A stretch of DNA of 64,000 bases from Gekko japonicus (taxonomy: Eukaryota), in NCBI RefSeq assembly GCF_001447785.1, contig NW_015162477.1, positions 1,011,564-1,075,563 of the forward strand, in the 5' to 3' direction. Shown here piece by piece: positions 12,301 to 26,720 of this stretch. How positions within the stretch are numbered: the first letter of the stretch is position 1; every line of letters starts with the position of its first letter. The notes under the pieces are model-generated. The model ran no database searches and was not told the DNA's origin. It worked only from the letters and a program-made list of their open reading frames with translations. The position numbers were made by a program, and so were the translations under genes.

Positions 12301-13760
12301 TACTAACGCAACAAGGGTACTAGCAACATACTCTCTCCTTCCCTTTATATTCCATAATGAACTACAGCCAAATTGAATTAAAATCATTCACAAATAACCT
12401 ATCTTAAGATCTTTTGGATTTTATTAAATTTATTAATTTATTATTTAATAGATTTTTGACTGCCCTTCCAGTTCACAACAATTTAGTTTGTTACAATGTA
12501 AAATAAATTAAAATAATAAAAACACAATATTTAAAACATTCAGAAACACTTAAACATTTTAAAAACAAGATGGCAGTGTTAGCATTCAGTCACTGGGGGA
12601 GGGGGGAAGGTGGCAAGCAGATATAAAGAATCATCACTGGCCTCAGCCAAAGGGCAGGCAAAACATCTCTGCCTTACATGCCCTTCAAAACTTTAATAGA
12701 TCAGACAGGGCATGGATGTCACTCAGCAGAGAGTTCCACCAGGCTGGGGCCAGGGCCCTGGCCCAGGCCAGCTGGATATCTTTTGGGCTGGGGACCATCT
12801 TTTGGGCTGGGGACCACTCATTTGCATATTAAGCAACACACCCCTAATGTAGCCAATCCTCTAAGAGCTTACAGTAGCTCCTGTAAGAAGAGCTCTGTAA
12901 GCTCTTGGAGGATTGGCTACATTAGGGGTGTGTGGCCTAATATGCAAAGAAGTTCCTGCTACAAAAAGAGCCCTTTGGGGGACATACCAGGAGAGGCGGT
13001 CCCAAAGGTATGTAGGTCCTGATCATTTAGGAGATAGTTTGTGCTATTTTGCGTGTACACAAGGGGTGGAACTTTGGGGGGAAACTTCCATTTGTTTCTT
13101 CTTAGGGTCACACACACAGAGAACAAAGAAACAAAGATGGAGTATATCTGAACTAGAAATATGAATTAGACTATTGTTGCTTTCTTTCCATGTAACCCTT
13201 TCCCTAATTTTGTAGACGTTAAACACACACATGTCTATGCTGCATTATTCCGTTGATTACAGATACAGGAGCTGTCATCATCCTCCCACAGTGGTGAATG
13301 AATGTGGCTTTGGATGTTGTGTTTTAAAAGTCCATTGTTGCCTTTGAATTATTGCAACTTACATTTATGTCACTTTTTTCACCACTTCTGATCTCCAGCA
13401 TCACACACAAAGTCAGACAACTGTCACTTTTCAAAATACCTGCAGCAAAATTAGTATTCTAATAATATGGAAAATGTTGCAAGATGAAAGCTGATGTCTG
13501 GTTTTATAGTGTGATTTTATGGCTGTTAAAAGAATTTTGATTTATGCAGCAGGTCTTCCTGTGGAAATATGAATGTTGACTTAATTGCAATTTTTCCTGC
13601 CATTGCTAAAACCAACTATTTGGCAGACAATCAATAACCTTAACCTTAATGTGAAGCAAGTTTCCTCCCCCAAAAGGGCTACATTAGTTCATGCTTTCTG
13701 ATGAGAGTTTAGGATAATAATCCATACATTATAATACTAGATGAAGTAGTAGAAATTATT

Positions 13761-13910
13761 ATTAGTTGTTGTAGATTTTCCGGGCTGTATGGCCGTGGTC
13801 TTGGCATTGTAGGACCTGGCATCAAGTCCAACAATGCCAAGACCACAGCCATACAGCCCAGAAAATCTACAACAAGTAATGAACTCTGGCCGTGAAAGCC
13901 TTCGACAATA
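13761..13910. mobile_element. Inverted Penelope-like terminal fragment (hairpin)
   Basis: About 50-bp inverted arms (13761-13810 and 13831-13880) followed by GGCCGTGAAAGCCTTCGACAATA, an end typical of squamate Penelope elements. Confidence 0.6.
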
Positions 13911-16321
13911 TATATTGGAAATTAGCTCACACAGATATAGGACATAGTGGAATATATTGTAAATTTACTGTGATTTGTGATTATTTTCCTCCTAATGATT
14001 ACCAGTAATCCGCATAGACGGTACACAGTTGCCTCATTGGACATTACATTTTGGTAAAGCATTATGTTGTTTTACATACACACACACAAAATTAGAAACT
14101 ACTTTAATGGTTTTGCAAGAGACAGGAATCAGTATATTACCTCACGTCTCAGTTCCCAGAATTCATCAGGACAAACTGGATTACGACAATTCAAGGGGGT
14201 GGACCTAGACTAAGTCTTCCATCAGTAGACTAGAACTTTGCTGTCCCCCTCCTCACTGCAGCCTACTGACCTCCATGAAGTGCTGCACTTGGGGAACAGG
14301 GAACCCTGATGAACAACATGAGGGGGTTCTGCAGTGGGAAGGATAGTTAGTTAGCCTGGATTCAACTCAAAATTTGGTTCTATCATGCAATGCCAGAGCT
14401 AGCTCTGAGCACACCTCTTGACATTTTTCTCTATAGCTAAATTTTGAAGTTTTGTTTGGTTGAATGCCAGCAGCAATACTGAAGTTATTGGACAAATGAA
14501 AGCTATATACTACTTTTCTATGCCGTTACGGCTGCCATGTGGCAAACAAACAGCTACTGCATAGACTCTCATCATCTGTTTAGGTCCAAGGATACCAGAG
14601 GTAGTTTCCCAACTTTATTTCTATTAATTCAGGATTAACACTATTAGGGATACGTTACTGAGTTTAACACCCTTCTGGAGAATTACCACTGTGACTTGGT
14701 CCCTCCATGGCATGAGGTTATTCTCACTGATTTAATAGTTAATTTCAAATTCTCACATAATTGCTATTCCCAATATAAACAGGTTTAAAGTTGCCCAGTC
14801 TGGATTTTACTTCTGTTTGGCAACATAACTTTATATTGCATGTTCTAAGAAAATTAATCAATTCAATTATCCTTGCCACTATATTCTGAACAGTTTTCCA
14901 GTTCTAGAACAAGTATACAAATCTGGAAGAGTGAAGTCATAATCTACATGCTCAGGAAAATCATGTTGTATAGAGAGCTTTTCTGGGACTGTGCTGCTTC
15001 AAAATGCAAACAGGACAAAAATGAAGCAGTTCTTCCCCATGTCAAAAAATAACCAACTTGTGGAAAACCAGCACATCATTAAACTGTGTTGTTGCCTAGT
15101 CTTTTACTAGCTGTTGCATTTCATAATAATAACTGTGTGCCATCAAACTGCAATCGACTCAATGTAACAATTGTGTGCCATCAAACTGCAATCAACTCAT
15201 GGCAACTCTGGGACCACAGGGTTTTCTAGGCAAGAGATGAGCAGAGGTGGTTTGCCATTGCAAAGAGTTAGCTACAAAAGTCCTTCATTTGATGGCTAGA
15301 TAAAAACCATTTGCTTCCATGGCCAGCAAGAGCTATTATATTTACTTTAAAATGCCTAGAATTTAGACATGCAAATTGGGGGATAAACAACTGGAAATTC
15401 ACACACACACACAATAGTACAAGACTGTGAAGTAGGGATGTGCACTAGAATCAAAATCTGGATTCAGAATTTGACCCTTCAGATTTGCAATGTAGAAAAT
15501 CTGGAATTTCTGAATATCAGAAACTCTATTAAAATCTATAGGAATACTGATTTTCCATTTAAAATACACACAGGCAATTTTTACAAACTTTTCTTCCGCT
15601 TCAGCCCTCTGACCCTTTCCCATGCCTATGCCAACCTCAAATTGCTGAGAAAACATGGCAAACACATGCAGCAACAGCCACAATCTCCAGGCATTAGGAA
15701 ATGACTGTGATATGGGCATGAACCCTGAAGACTGAAAATGCCATCAGGGCAGCATTGAGCATAGCACATTGGAGTGAATGACAGCTGGTGCTGGTGAGCA
15801 GGAAAATACCCTGGGCAATGCTGGCAGGCAAGCTAGAGCAGCAGGCACGATAGACAGACAGTGGTGAGTGGGTGAGAACTACCCCAACAGCATACTTGAC
15901 TGAATGAGCACATTCATGGAATAGCAGTTGTAAGAAGGGAAGGGACAACAGGAGGTGGCAGCAAACTTGAAGATGGCATACCCTGTACTGTGGACTGGAG
16001 TGTGTGATTCTCTCTTACTCAAAGGGCAGCCAGGAGTCAATGGGACTGCAAATATTAAGAATTATTCTGAATATGCAGAACTGTAACATTCTACTTCAGA
16101 ATTTTTCATAAATATTCAAAACATAGCATTTTTCTGTCCTTCCAAATCTGATTTGCACATTCCAACTGCCAAAGTCCAGAGACAGATGAGCAGTTTTCCA
16201 TCCACTTAATCTTGAGCCTTAGCAACACACTACAGCATCAACTGTCGAGGTTAGGGGATAGCCTAGAACCTTAGTAGTAGAGTGCAGAGAGGAAGGTATT
16301 TCTCTCTCTCCCCCCTCTTTT

Positions 16322-16358
<37 letters not shown>

Positions 16359-16373
16359 ACACACATACACACA
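16322..16373. repeat. Compound (TA)n(TG)n(CA)n microsatellite
   Basis: Read directly from the sequence. Confidence 0.9.
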
Positions 16374-19296
16374 CGCTGTGTGAGAAAATTTGAGATGGAT
16401 GTGTACTTCACACCTGCCAGGACACTGTAAGCTTTTAACAGGGCAATTTCTCCCTCAGGTTTCCTCCTCTCACCTTTGAACCTTAACAGCCCTCAACATT
16501 ACATGCCTCCTAGAAGGCAATGAGAATGCTCAGTGCATGGTGGGCTGTTTTTCATAGGATTTTCTTCCAGTCTTTTCAAATTGACAAACTAATATTTTCC
16601 AGCATACTTGAAGAACCCTTTCCCCATTGTGAAGAAACTCCTCCTTTTTCTACAGATAGATACACAGACCATCAGGAGCCAGCAGGAAGGGAGGCTTGGG
16701 GGGGGGGGGACTGAGCGGATCCCATCGGGGAGGGAAGAGTGTGGAAGACTGGGTGAGCAGCGCACCAGGCAGTGGAGAGAGGAGTGTGCTTACACGTGAA
16801 TGACGATGACCTGGGAATCTGGGATTAGTACTATGGACAGGACTCGGAGACTGGTAACAGTTCTCACAATATGCCAGCACCCCAAACTGCTACCCCAGTA
16901 CTCCAACCAACCCCCCTCTAGGTACTCCATGAGCCGCACCGTTCATTGTACCTTTGGGGTAAATCCCTCTAGACAGCTTAGCAGAGCTGCTGAGCACCTT
17001 GGGACACCTGTCACAGGAAGGTGTGCAGTCCATTTAAAAGCAGCTGTCAGGGTAGGAAAAGGGGAGTTACATCTGCCGCGACGTGGGAGCCACTCCATCC
17101 TCCTTCCCTGCACATGTCTGGGTGGAAAACTACAGCATGTGGACCCCTTACTGTGGCCCTGGGAAGTGCCTGCTGGCTCTGCAGAGGAGGAGGGCTTCTT
17201 CTCCCTCCCAGCTCTGCTCCAGTGGCGGTCGCTGTGGGGGCAGCAGGGGAGGAGGGCAGCACGCCACTCACCCCAAGCTTCCTCCCCCTCCAGGCCCTGC
17301 CCTCTCCTGGCCCTGGGTGGGGCTGAGCTGATTTGGGAGGGGGCACCACCCCCAGGGCTCCACCCTGGCTATGGGCCTGCCCTTACCTAGAACTGTGAGA
17401 ACTAACTCATTCCTGACTACTATTTTTAAGACTTAAAACCATTAGGAGTTCAAAATCAAACATCACGTGAAGTTTGGCCCTAATAAACCTTCCACTTATC
17501 ACAGTATTCAAATTTTAAGGGTAGTTTTTACTACTGGATATTCAAGGTTAGAATGGAATTTAAGGAATGTTTCTTGTCACTCTATCAGTGGGTGTGGAAG
17601 ATATTCAAAAGTTAACACCATAAAAAAATCAAGAATTCCATTTGTTTCCTTAGCCAAGGTTTCACTTGAAACAGTAGTTTGAGCTCCAGCCAGAAGAGAA
17701 ATCAGAATGTGCTTCCATTAGCATCCTGCAGGGAGCCACTTGAAAGCAACCAATAGCTGAAGAGATTGGCTGAATCAAAGATCGGATGGAGTATACTTAC
17801 CTAGCTATCTTTTCAATATTTGAAAACTATTGGTATTTCAACAAAAGTATTTCTATATGTTGTCGAAAGCATTTCTATTTCTATATGTTGTTGAAAGCAT
17901 TTCTTTTACAAAATTTCAACAAGTTTATGCAATAAAACCACAACATTTCTATTAATTTGTGCCAGAACAAGTTATTACGAAGCACACTCTTACAATTGCC
18001 AATCTCATTATTTGGGCCATTTGAAGCTTGCAACCAGACAGAAATGGACGTCACTTTATATTTTTCCATTGTTGCATACCTTCCTTGGGTTTCAGAGATT
18101 TCTGTGCTGCCAGCCCAAATAATTCTAGGAGTCCTGCCATTTTTGTGTTTTTACAAAGAGTCTTGAAGTCATGCAATTAATGAAAATCTCAACTGGTAGG
18201 GAAGTTCTGGTAATACACTGGAGCTTGAAAGCAAGCAAACTAAGCCCATAAGTTGCTTCAAAACAATGTCATTGTATTTAGTTTCTTTACTTATTTAAAA
18301 AGTTATATCCCACCTTTCTTTTTAAGGCTTACAAAATGAACAAACAAAAGACAGTGCTGTGTTTTTAAATCCTGGAAATCAGAAGTACAGTTTACAAGTA
18401 AACATTATTTAGTTGCCTTGAGTCACAAACAGCAGCACAGAGTAGGGAAGGTGTACAGTAAATAGTGGAGCAGCTACACTCACATATAAATTCATATATA
18501 CATCCTCTATCCATGTGTGTACTTTTTTCCATAAGCAGCTCTCATATGGACATAGTGATATTAAAATGATTCAGCCATGCAAGAACAGGGTAATCATATG
18601 GGTCACAGATCCTATGGGAATTAACCCATGCAACCAGCCTCTTCCTTTGTGTTGGATTCTTTAAATATTACCCTAGCCACATGAGAGCGGCTCACAGAAT
18701 TTGGGGATGGCAGCAATACATATCTTTACTAGTTAGTAGTCTTTGTTTAGTGGAATATATACCTATGGCAAGTCACTTAGGTGCTTCAAAAATCCCACCA
18801 CTCCACTCCCTTTGGAGTTTCTAGAGCACATGAGTTAGATATTTGTGAAAAAAATACTGACATTTATCTAATCTACAAAACAACTTAAATCTCATGGAAT
18901 TACAATCTTGGAATTGTATTTCTGGGAGAGTGCACAGAATTACCTGTTTAAGCCCACAGAATAGAAAATGCCCTCCTTCAAATTCTTGGGCTGTGCAGAG
19001 ACTTTTTTGAGAAATTCGTCTCAAATTTGATTTACATATTGAGTGCATAGTATCCTCCCAATTGCAGGTCCCACAGCAGTAAAACCATGAAGAATGCTTT
19101 TGTGACAACAGTACTTCACAAAGCCTGGCTGTTCAGATCAGGTGTGCCATGCTGTTGGGATGGCGGAAGAAATGGAGGGAGAAAGATCTTCAGAGGAAAG
19201 TAGCTACCTGCAGATGGTGTAAGGAATAAAGGAAGTATAGAGCGCCTTTCCCTCGGAAGCTGTACAGAGGGAGTAACAGAAACAAGAGCTCATAAG

Positions 19297-19502
19297 CAGT
19301 GTTCCCTCTAAGCTGGGTTAGTGTGAGCTAGCTCATAGTTTTTTAGCCTCTGGCTCACACATTTTTGTCTTAGCTCAGGAAGGATGGCTCCAGAGCAAAC
19401 TAATTGATGCAGCAGCCAAATTGCTTGCTCACATCTTTAATGCCAGTAGTTCACAAAGTAGAACTTTTACTCACAAGACTCCACAGCTTAGAGGGAGCAT
19501 TG
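19297..19502 (+). mobile_element. hAT-type MITE, 206 bp
   Basis: TIRs CAGTGTTCCCTCTAAGCTG / CAGCTTAGAGGGAGCATTG; 8-bp TSD CTCATAAG. Confidence 0.9.
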
Positions 19503-19902
19503 CTCATAAGACACAAGGGCAGGAAAAGAGAGTTAGAAAAGTTCCCATCAAGGGCTTTTGTGATTGTCAGTATGTCAGCGTTCATAAACTGCACAACAAT
19601 TATGCCCAATACCCATGTGAATTGATTTTGTTTTAGTTATTTTATTCCTTTTGTGAAGTATTTCTACACACTGTACTAGCCCACGGAAGTTCTCAAGATA
19701 GCTTATGAACAAATTAAAAAACATCCATATACAAATGCTAAACAATATCAACTTTTTAAATAAACAAAACAATTTTAGGACAACAACGTAGGTAAAAGGG
19801 ACTAATACATGGTTAACACAAGCATGCACTATCTCATCAAACAGGCCAGGATGTGTTTGCTAAGAATAAGCAGAGACAGAGGATTACTAAAAAACATATT
19901 TG

Positions 19903-20091
19903 ATGGTGGAAAGTGCTGTTAAGGCTTTCAAGGCAAGAGACATTCAGAGGTAGTTTGCCATTGCCTGCCTCTTCAGCATATCCCTGGACTTCCTTGGAGG
20001 TCTCCCTTCCAAGTACTAACCAGAGCTGACCCTGCTTGGCAGCTGAGATCTGATGAGATCAGGGTAGCCTGGCTCTTACCCAGGTCAGGGC
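19903..20091 (-). mobile_element. 5S rRNA-derived SINE (tail type B)
   Basis: 5S-like head followed by the tail GGCAATGGCAAAC.ACCTCTG..TCTCTTGCCTTGAAA. Confidence 0.75.
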
Positions 20092-20113
20092 AAAAAGAAT
20101 TTTAGGTGTCACT

Positions 20114-20399
20114 AAAAACCTGGGTGCCGCATGATGGAGTGAGCTCCCATCTCTAGTTCCAGCTCCTGCCAACCTAGCAGTTCGAAAGCAAGAAATTGCA
20201 AGTAGATAAATAGGTACCACTTCGGTGGGAAGGTAACAGCGTTCCGTGTGCCTTGGTGTTTAGTCATGCCGGCCACATGACCATGGAAACGTCTTCGGAC
20301 AGCGCTGGCTCTTCGGCTTTGAAACGGAGATGAGCACCGCAACCCTAGAGTCGGATTCGACTGGCTTTAGAGCAAGGGAACCTTGACTTTTACCTTTAC
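20114..20399 (+). mobile_element. Sauria SINE
   Basis: Typical body (ctgccaacctagcagttcgaaagc...tagataaataggtacc...ggccacatgacc...gagatgagcaccg) and ACCTTT tail. Confidence 0.85.
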
Positions 20400-23300
20400 T
20401 AAAAGCCTGTGTAAATTAAAAAAAAAAATCCACATGAACCTGCAAGTTCACCAGAGTGGCTAGCAAATGGATGGTGCTGGAGAATTCCGTAGGTGAGGTG
20501 TCATCACAGAGAATGCCCTGTCACTTGGAGACACCTGCCTCACTGCCAAAGTCAGGGGGACCTAGAGACCAGGGTTTCTGAAGACAGCCTTATTAGAACA
20601 CATTAATATGGGAGCAGGGATTTCTTCAGATACCCTGGTCTCAGATTGTACAAGGCTTTAAACATAAGAATCAGCACTCTAACCTGTGCCTACAAAACAA
20701 TTTGTCACCGCAGTATGACCAAATATAAGAAACCCCAATTAAACGCCATGCCCAAACAACACTTTGCTTACTAGGCCTCAATCATAAATAAACGGCCGAC
20801 CTTATTTAAATGAATTTTCGCAAAAGGAATTTGAGCTTTGACAGAAACAACATGTTTCAGCCTGAAGCAAAGTAAAAATGCCAAGTTATAAACTTCTCCA
20901 AGGGAGGATTTATAATGGAAATGCCAACAGACTCTTAACTACAGTGGTGCTGTTTTGTGCCAACATATAAATAATTTTAGTTTTTGTGGTCACATCATAA
21001 ATTAGACACAGTGCTAGTGGAAACAGTAGGGTTCTGATTCAGTATGCAGAAAGAGCAAGAGTGCATGTTTGTATTTTAAAGACAAGCACAGCACAGACTT
21101 GATGCTGACTCTGAAATGAAGCCTATAAGAGGGTTTGGATTAAGAAAAAAAAAGTTAGTAGCCAAGTCATTTTCTGAATTCTTCAGAGCTTGTAAAATAA
21201 AGTTTTTAACAAGCTCCAGCGCCTACTGTTTCAATCTTCTAGGAATCATTTACACAAATGAGCAAAAATGGTTCCATTCAACTTGTGTTATTTTCTCCAT
21301 TAAGGAAAAAAAAATGCACACAGGCGCACACACTCCACAATCTATAAAGGACACTTCAGTTTGACACAAGCAACTGCTGCAAATGCCACACTAGTGACAA
21401 CAGTGTGTACAAAGAGACTCTTATGCCTACTGAGAGCACATAGGACTCACTTTCTTCATTCTCAGTTTACACTTGTCACTACAGCATCAATAAATGACTT
21501 AACATATTCCAGTTTCCCTCAGGCATATATAGGCAAGATGCAACAGAAGGGGCAACTTTGGCCAGGCAACGTGGAGAGCAGCAAACTACATTTCACTGCC
21601 GAGGCTCTCTGCTTATATAAAAGTTTTGATAGGGAGGGTAATGGAAAATGAAAAGACCCAGTGGCAAGTAAGGTGCGGACATGGATCTTTTGGCCTTTTC
21701 AGCTGCTTTCACATATTTTCACAAGGGCTGATAGCCCTTGAATTTTGCAAGGACTGTACTGACAGACTTCTTTATTCATTTACATTTTTAGAGTGCCGTG
21801 CTCTGGGAAAATTCAGGACAAAGGACCTGGTTTTCTCTCTACAGTTCTATTTAAGGCACAATATGGCTTAGTTTGCTATCCTATCTTGTTGAAGGGTTAG
21901 TCAAAGTTCTGCTTACAAACCGTCTATCTGTGCAGCACATTTGCTTCACTGCAAGTATAATACCCTTGTGTTTTCCACATGGGACGGGGTTGCTCCTAGA
22001 GCTGCCAGTACAGTGCAACTGCTCCACATGGCAGGTTTCCCTGCATCTTCAGTCCCTTACAGGGGCCATTTCCCTTGCCCTGTTGTGAGATTTTTTTTTT
22101 TAAACCAACAACTGATATATCATGTTTTATAATGTTGGAACAATGTGTCTATCCCGCTCTGAATTCCTAGGTTTCAGTGTGGTTGTTTTTTTAAAGTCTA
22201 GCCCCTTACATAGGGGAGGTGTGTATTTCCCTTTACATTTCTTCAAATACAGAGGGCTAGAAATTTTTTTAAAGTGAAAGCTGAGATTTCAGAGAACCTA
22301 ATAAACACACATGGTTACAATATGTTGATTAAAAAACACACAACCCCCTCAGGGGGCAGACAAGGAAAGGGCTCCCACAGGAGACTGGGGCACAGAAAAG
22401 GGCACTGATATGGGCAGTACCAGGACTTCCCATCCATATAGCTGTCCTCCTGGCTTTTGGACAATCTTTCACAAAACATTGTTGCAAAGCAGGTTTGGGA
22501 TAGATCACAGGAAAAACAGGAAAACTTGGGAGGTGCATGGAAGCAGGAAAAATTTCACTTCCCGACAACATCCAAGCCAGAGCAAACAACCTGTGTGTAA
22601 GTGACCTGTTTCTGAGCCAATACACTAACAGTATCCTGCATGGTTTCTCATACCACATTTATTTCTACATCAGTCTTAGTCAGTCTTAGACTTTAGCCTG
22701 ATATTCATGCTTCCTCTATATTCCTTTGTTGTTCGGCAGTACAACTCTTGCTACTGCAATCCCAGTTGGAACAAAGCCAGTCTTCATTAGAACCTTCCAA
22801 CTAGGACTCTGGCTTAATTCATTAAGAGACTGTCACTCAGTGAGATTGCCTATAAAACCAAACATGCTCCAGAGTAAAAGACACCAGTTAAATTGGACCA
22901 TTTGCTATAATATAAACACTACAGCTTAGTGTGTCTCTGGTATGGAGACTGCTAATCATGTTCCTTATGCTTAGTTACTTTAAAAATCTTCTGTCAGCTG
23001 TTTCTCCAGCACACAAAACTGCAGTGACCTCAGGGTTACCATAATGGAGAAAATAAGTTCTCTTACTCCGTCAGAGGAAGATGTTACAATTCAAGTTCAA
23101 AATCCCCCATTAAGTAGAGTTAAAATATGTTCAATCACCAATAAACAAAGAACTATGGAATTAGTTCCATGGAATTCATAGTTCCATGAATTTGATCTAT
23201 GGAAAAAATCCAGCTTTCAATTGTCAGCTTGGTAGCCATTACTCAATACCACTAGTACTCTCTCAGCAGCTCATGACATTTGCAACTACCATGAACCAAG

Positions 23301-23642
23301 AGAGCCACATGATGACTATCCTCTGTGCAGTACCCCCACTCCCACATACAATAATATAAGATATAAATATTACATTAAATATGTAGCTATAAACTTGTCA
23401 TTTATCAAAGTATCACAAACTTGAGCCACCGCAGCTCCTAAATTTGTAACTAGTACACCTCTAAATCCTGAAAAGAGAACTGACATATCAGGATCCAGTT
23501 TTTCTCAAGAAAAAACAAAAACGTGCACCACTATGCCCCCCCAAAATTCTCACACAAAGGATCAGTACGTGCATGCTTGTGCCTTTTAGTAAACTGAAAA
23601 GAAGAATTTGGAAAGTCTCTTAAAATCCCCAACTATTTTATT

Positions 23643-23795
23643 TCACCGCAGTATGACCAAATATAAGAAACCCCAATTAAACGCCATGCCCAAACAACAC
23701 TTTGCTTACTAGGCCTCAATCATAAATAAACGGCCGACCTTATTTAAATGAATTTTCGCAAAAGGAATTTGAGCTTTGACAGAAACAACATGTTT
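23643..23795. repeat. Direct duplicate of 20705-20857 (153 bp)
   Basis: Constant offset of 2938; identical by eye. Confidence 0.93.
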
Positions 23796-25324
23796 GGGGG
23801 GTTGGGTTGTAACAGGGGAGATAGTCCTAAAGGTATGATGATCTCAGACTGTTTAGGGCTTTAAAGGTTAAAACCAGCACTTTGAACTGGATCCGAAAAT
23901 CAACTGGAAGCCAGTACAGCTGCTTCAAAATAGGCTGAATATGCACAGACCATGAATGATTGGTCAACAGTCTAGCAGCCACATTCTATATAACCTGAGG
24001 TTTCCAAAGCATCTTCAGGGGCAGCCCTGCGTAGAGCGAATTGCAATAGTCCAGTCTAGAGGTGACTGACTTGGAAAAATAGGGGGGCAGTGGATGAGCC
24101 TGGTGGAGATAGAAAAATGCCAATTTTGCCACCAAGGACGCTTGTTTGTCCAAGGTAAGCAACGTGTCCAGCCAGACCCCAAATTCCTTATGGAGTCTAC
24201 CAGTGTAAGCTTGCTTTTAAGTAAATTTGCATCAAATTGAGGATTAAGCAATGCAACTTGCTGATATGTGGGGATTTTAAAAACATATGAAGCTCATAAC
24301 ACTACTGGCCACCTAAGCGCTCCACAGGCTCTGTATGATTGCAGGGAAGGACAGGCCTGCCATCTCTCCAGAAACAGCTTGCTTGATCCTGCTGGAAGCT
24401 GCAGAAGCCCATTCTGCTTCATGCTGTGGAGAAGGCAAGGCAGAGACAGAAGTAAGGGGTGCTCAAGGTACTCATTTCAGGAGCCTTCTCAGGTCAGGCC
24501 ATGAGCGTTCCAAACAAAGGTTCCAAGACAGCCTGATTGGTTGGTTCAGAACAGGTCCTCTAAGGGGGAAGTATTTGGGAACCCTCTACTTGCCACACTG
24601 TCATCTTGTTCTCTCCCCTGCATGACACTTATAGCTCAGGGTGAGATGAACAAAAGTACTCTACCCCATGCCAGGGAGAGACACAAAACAGCAAGGGAAG
24701 GAATGGGTGCTCAGGGATTTTCATCAGCAGAGGGAACCTCCCTTGTCAGCTGAAAATGCCTCCTGAAATGCTAGTCTTGTGGGACTAAGGATCCCCCCGG
24801 GAACAGCATAAGAGGGGAAATGGCAGAGATTTCTTCCACCGGTTTGTGGAAATGTTTTGAAGGCTCTAACCAAAGAAATCTGCACATGGGACATGAACCC
24901 TAATAGTAACATATGTAAGTACTACTTCTAGTATTTCAGGTGCTCAACCCCTGCTTGGAATGCATGTCAGACTACCCCTTTGCCCAGCCTGAGAAAAGAA
25001 ACCTTCTATAAATCACTAATGGAAACAAGTGAAAAAGCAGTTACAGTAGTCTCAGTTTAAACAAGGACTTACCACCAGAAACAGGAGCATCCATAAAAAC
25101 AGCTCCCATTTTTTCAGCTTCTTTGGCTAGCTCTTTTGAAACTGCAGGATCAATAGTACTGGAGTCGATTAACAAAGATCCTTTCTTCACTTTCCTGAAA
25201 AGAATTAAAAAAACAACAATATTGAGATTTTACAGCTATGACAAATACTGACAATGAAAATTAACACCATAGATGCAACGAACATGAAATTGAGCAAACT
25301 TCAGAGGACGGCGGAAGACAGGAA
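23796..25324. repeat. Direct duplicate of 26340-27868 (about 1.5 kb)
   Basis: Constant offset of 2544; identical ORF translations in both copies (for example 24015/26559 and 24335/26879). Confidence 0.95.
25073..25194 (-). other. HIBADH: Duplicate copy of HIBADH exon 4 (likely false duplication in the assembly)
   Basis: Appears identical to 27617-27738 (offset 2544), including splice sites, and lies inside duplicated block 23796-25324. Confidence 0.85.
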
Positions 25325-25937
25325 GGACTCTGGCTTAATTCATTAAGAGACTGTCACTCAGTGAGATTGCCTATAAAACCAAACATGCTCCAGAGTAAAA
25401 GACACCAGTTAAATTGGACCATTTGCTATAATATAAACACTACAGCTTAGTGTGTCTCTGGTATGGAGACTGCTAATCATGTTCCTTATGCTTAGTTACT
25501 TTAAAAATCTTCTGTCAGCTGTTTCTCCAGCACACAAAACTGCAGTGACCTCAGGGTTACCATAATGGAGAAAATAAGTTCTCTTACTCCGTCAGAGGAA
25601 GATGTTACAATTCAAGTTCAAAATCCCCCATTAAGTAGAGTTAAAATATGTTCAATCACCAATAAACAAAGAACTATGGAATTAGTTCCATGGAATTCAT
25701 AGTTCCATGAATTTGATCTATGGAAAAAATCCAGCTTTCAATTGTCAGCTTGGTAGCCATTACTCAATACCACTAGTACTCTCTCAGCAGCTCATGACAT
25801 TTGCAACTACCATGAACCAAGAGAGCCACATGATGACTATCCTCTGTGCAGTACCCCCACTCCCACATACAATAATATAAGATATAAATATTACATTAAA
25901 TATGTAGCTATAAACTTGTCATTTATCAAAGTATCAC
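25324..25937. repeat. Direct duplicate of 22803-23416 (614 bp)
   Basis: Constant offset of 2521; identical by eye. Confidence 0.93.
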
Positions 25938-26179
25938 TGAGCATACAGGGTTTTCTCCACACCACTGCNNNNNNNNNNCAGCCCTTGGGTATTTGGGGAA
26001 TGGCTTGCAAGCCACACTTATGGCACAAAACAGCATACAATCTTCCAAGTTTTCCAAAACTAATTATTAGTCTAGATGCTAAAAAAAACCCCTTATTTTG
26101 ATTTTTATCCCACCCCTCCCCCAGCAATTGGGGCGGTTAACGACATAACTAAAAACAAAAAGATTATATAAAACAGTTT

Positions 26180-26720
26180 AACACACTGGCACAGGGCATG
26201 AGTCTCTTCAGAGAGAGCATTCCATCAGGCTGGGGCCATGACTGAAAAAGTCCTTGCTCTGGTCAAGTTTAAAGAGCAACTCAAGGGCCAGGCACCACTA
26301 GAAGTCTATGTAAAGTAGAACACAAAGCACCGGGGGAGGGGGGGGTTGGGTTGTAACAGGGGAGATAGTCCTAAAGGTATGATGATCTCAGACTGTTTAG
26401 GGCTTTAAAGGTTAAAACCAGCACTTTGAACTGGATCCGAAAATCAACTGGAAGCCAGTACAGCTGCTTCAAAATAGGCTGAATATGCACAGACCATGAA
26501 TGATTGGTCAACAGTCTAGCAGCCACATTCTATATAACCTGAGGTTTCCAAAGCATCTTCAGGGGCAGCCCTGCGTAGAGCGAATTGCAATAGTCCAGTC
26601 TAGAGGTGACTGACTTGGAAAAATAGGGGGGCAGTGGATGAGCCTGGTGGAGATAGAAAAATGCCAATTTTGCCACCAAGGACGCTTGTTTGTCCAAGGT
26701 AAGCAACGTGTCCAGCCAGA
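26180..26720 (-). mobile_element. Old L2-like LINE fragment (partly duplicated at 23796-24180)
   Basis: Similar to the L2 at 2950-3400 (agggctttaaaggttaaaaccagcactttgaa; gcaatagtccagtctagaggtgac). Confidence 0.6.

Noticed and set aside
16800-17390. 196-aa GC-rich ORF
   Set aside because: No recognisable domain; overlaps GC-rich repeat-like sequence and has no supporting exon structure.
1-25000. HIBADH exon 5 (GVGAAR..NLTFMVGG)
   Set aside because: Not found by eye. Intron 4 is long in other vertebrates, so the exon probably lies outside the window, although a miss cannot be excluded.
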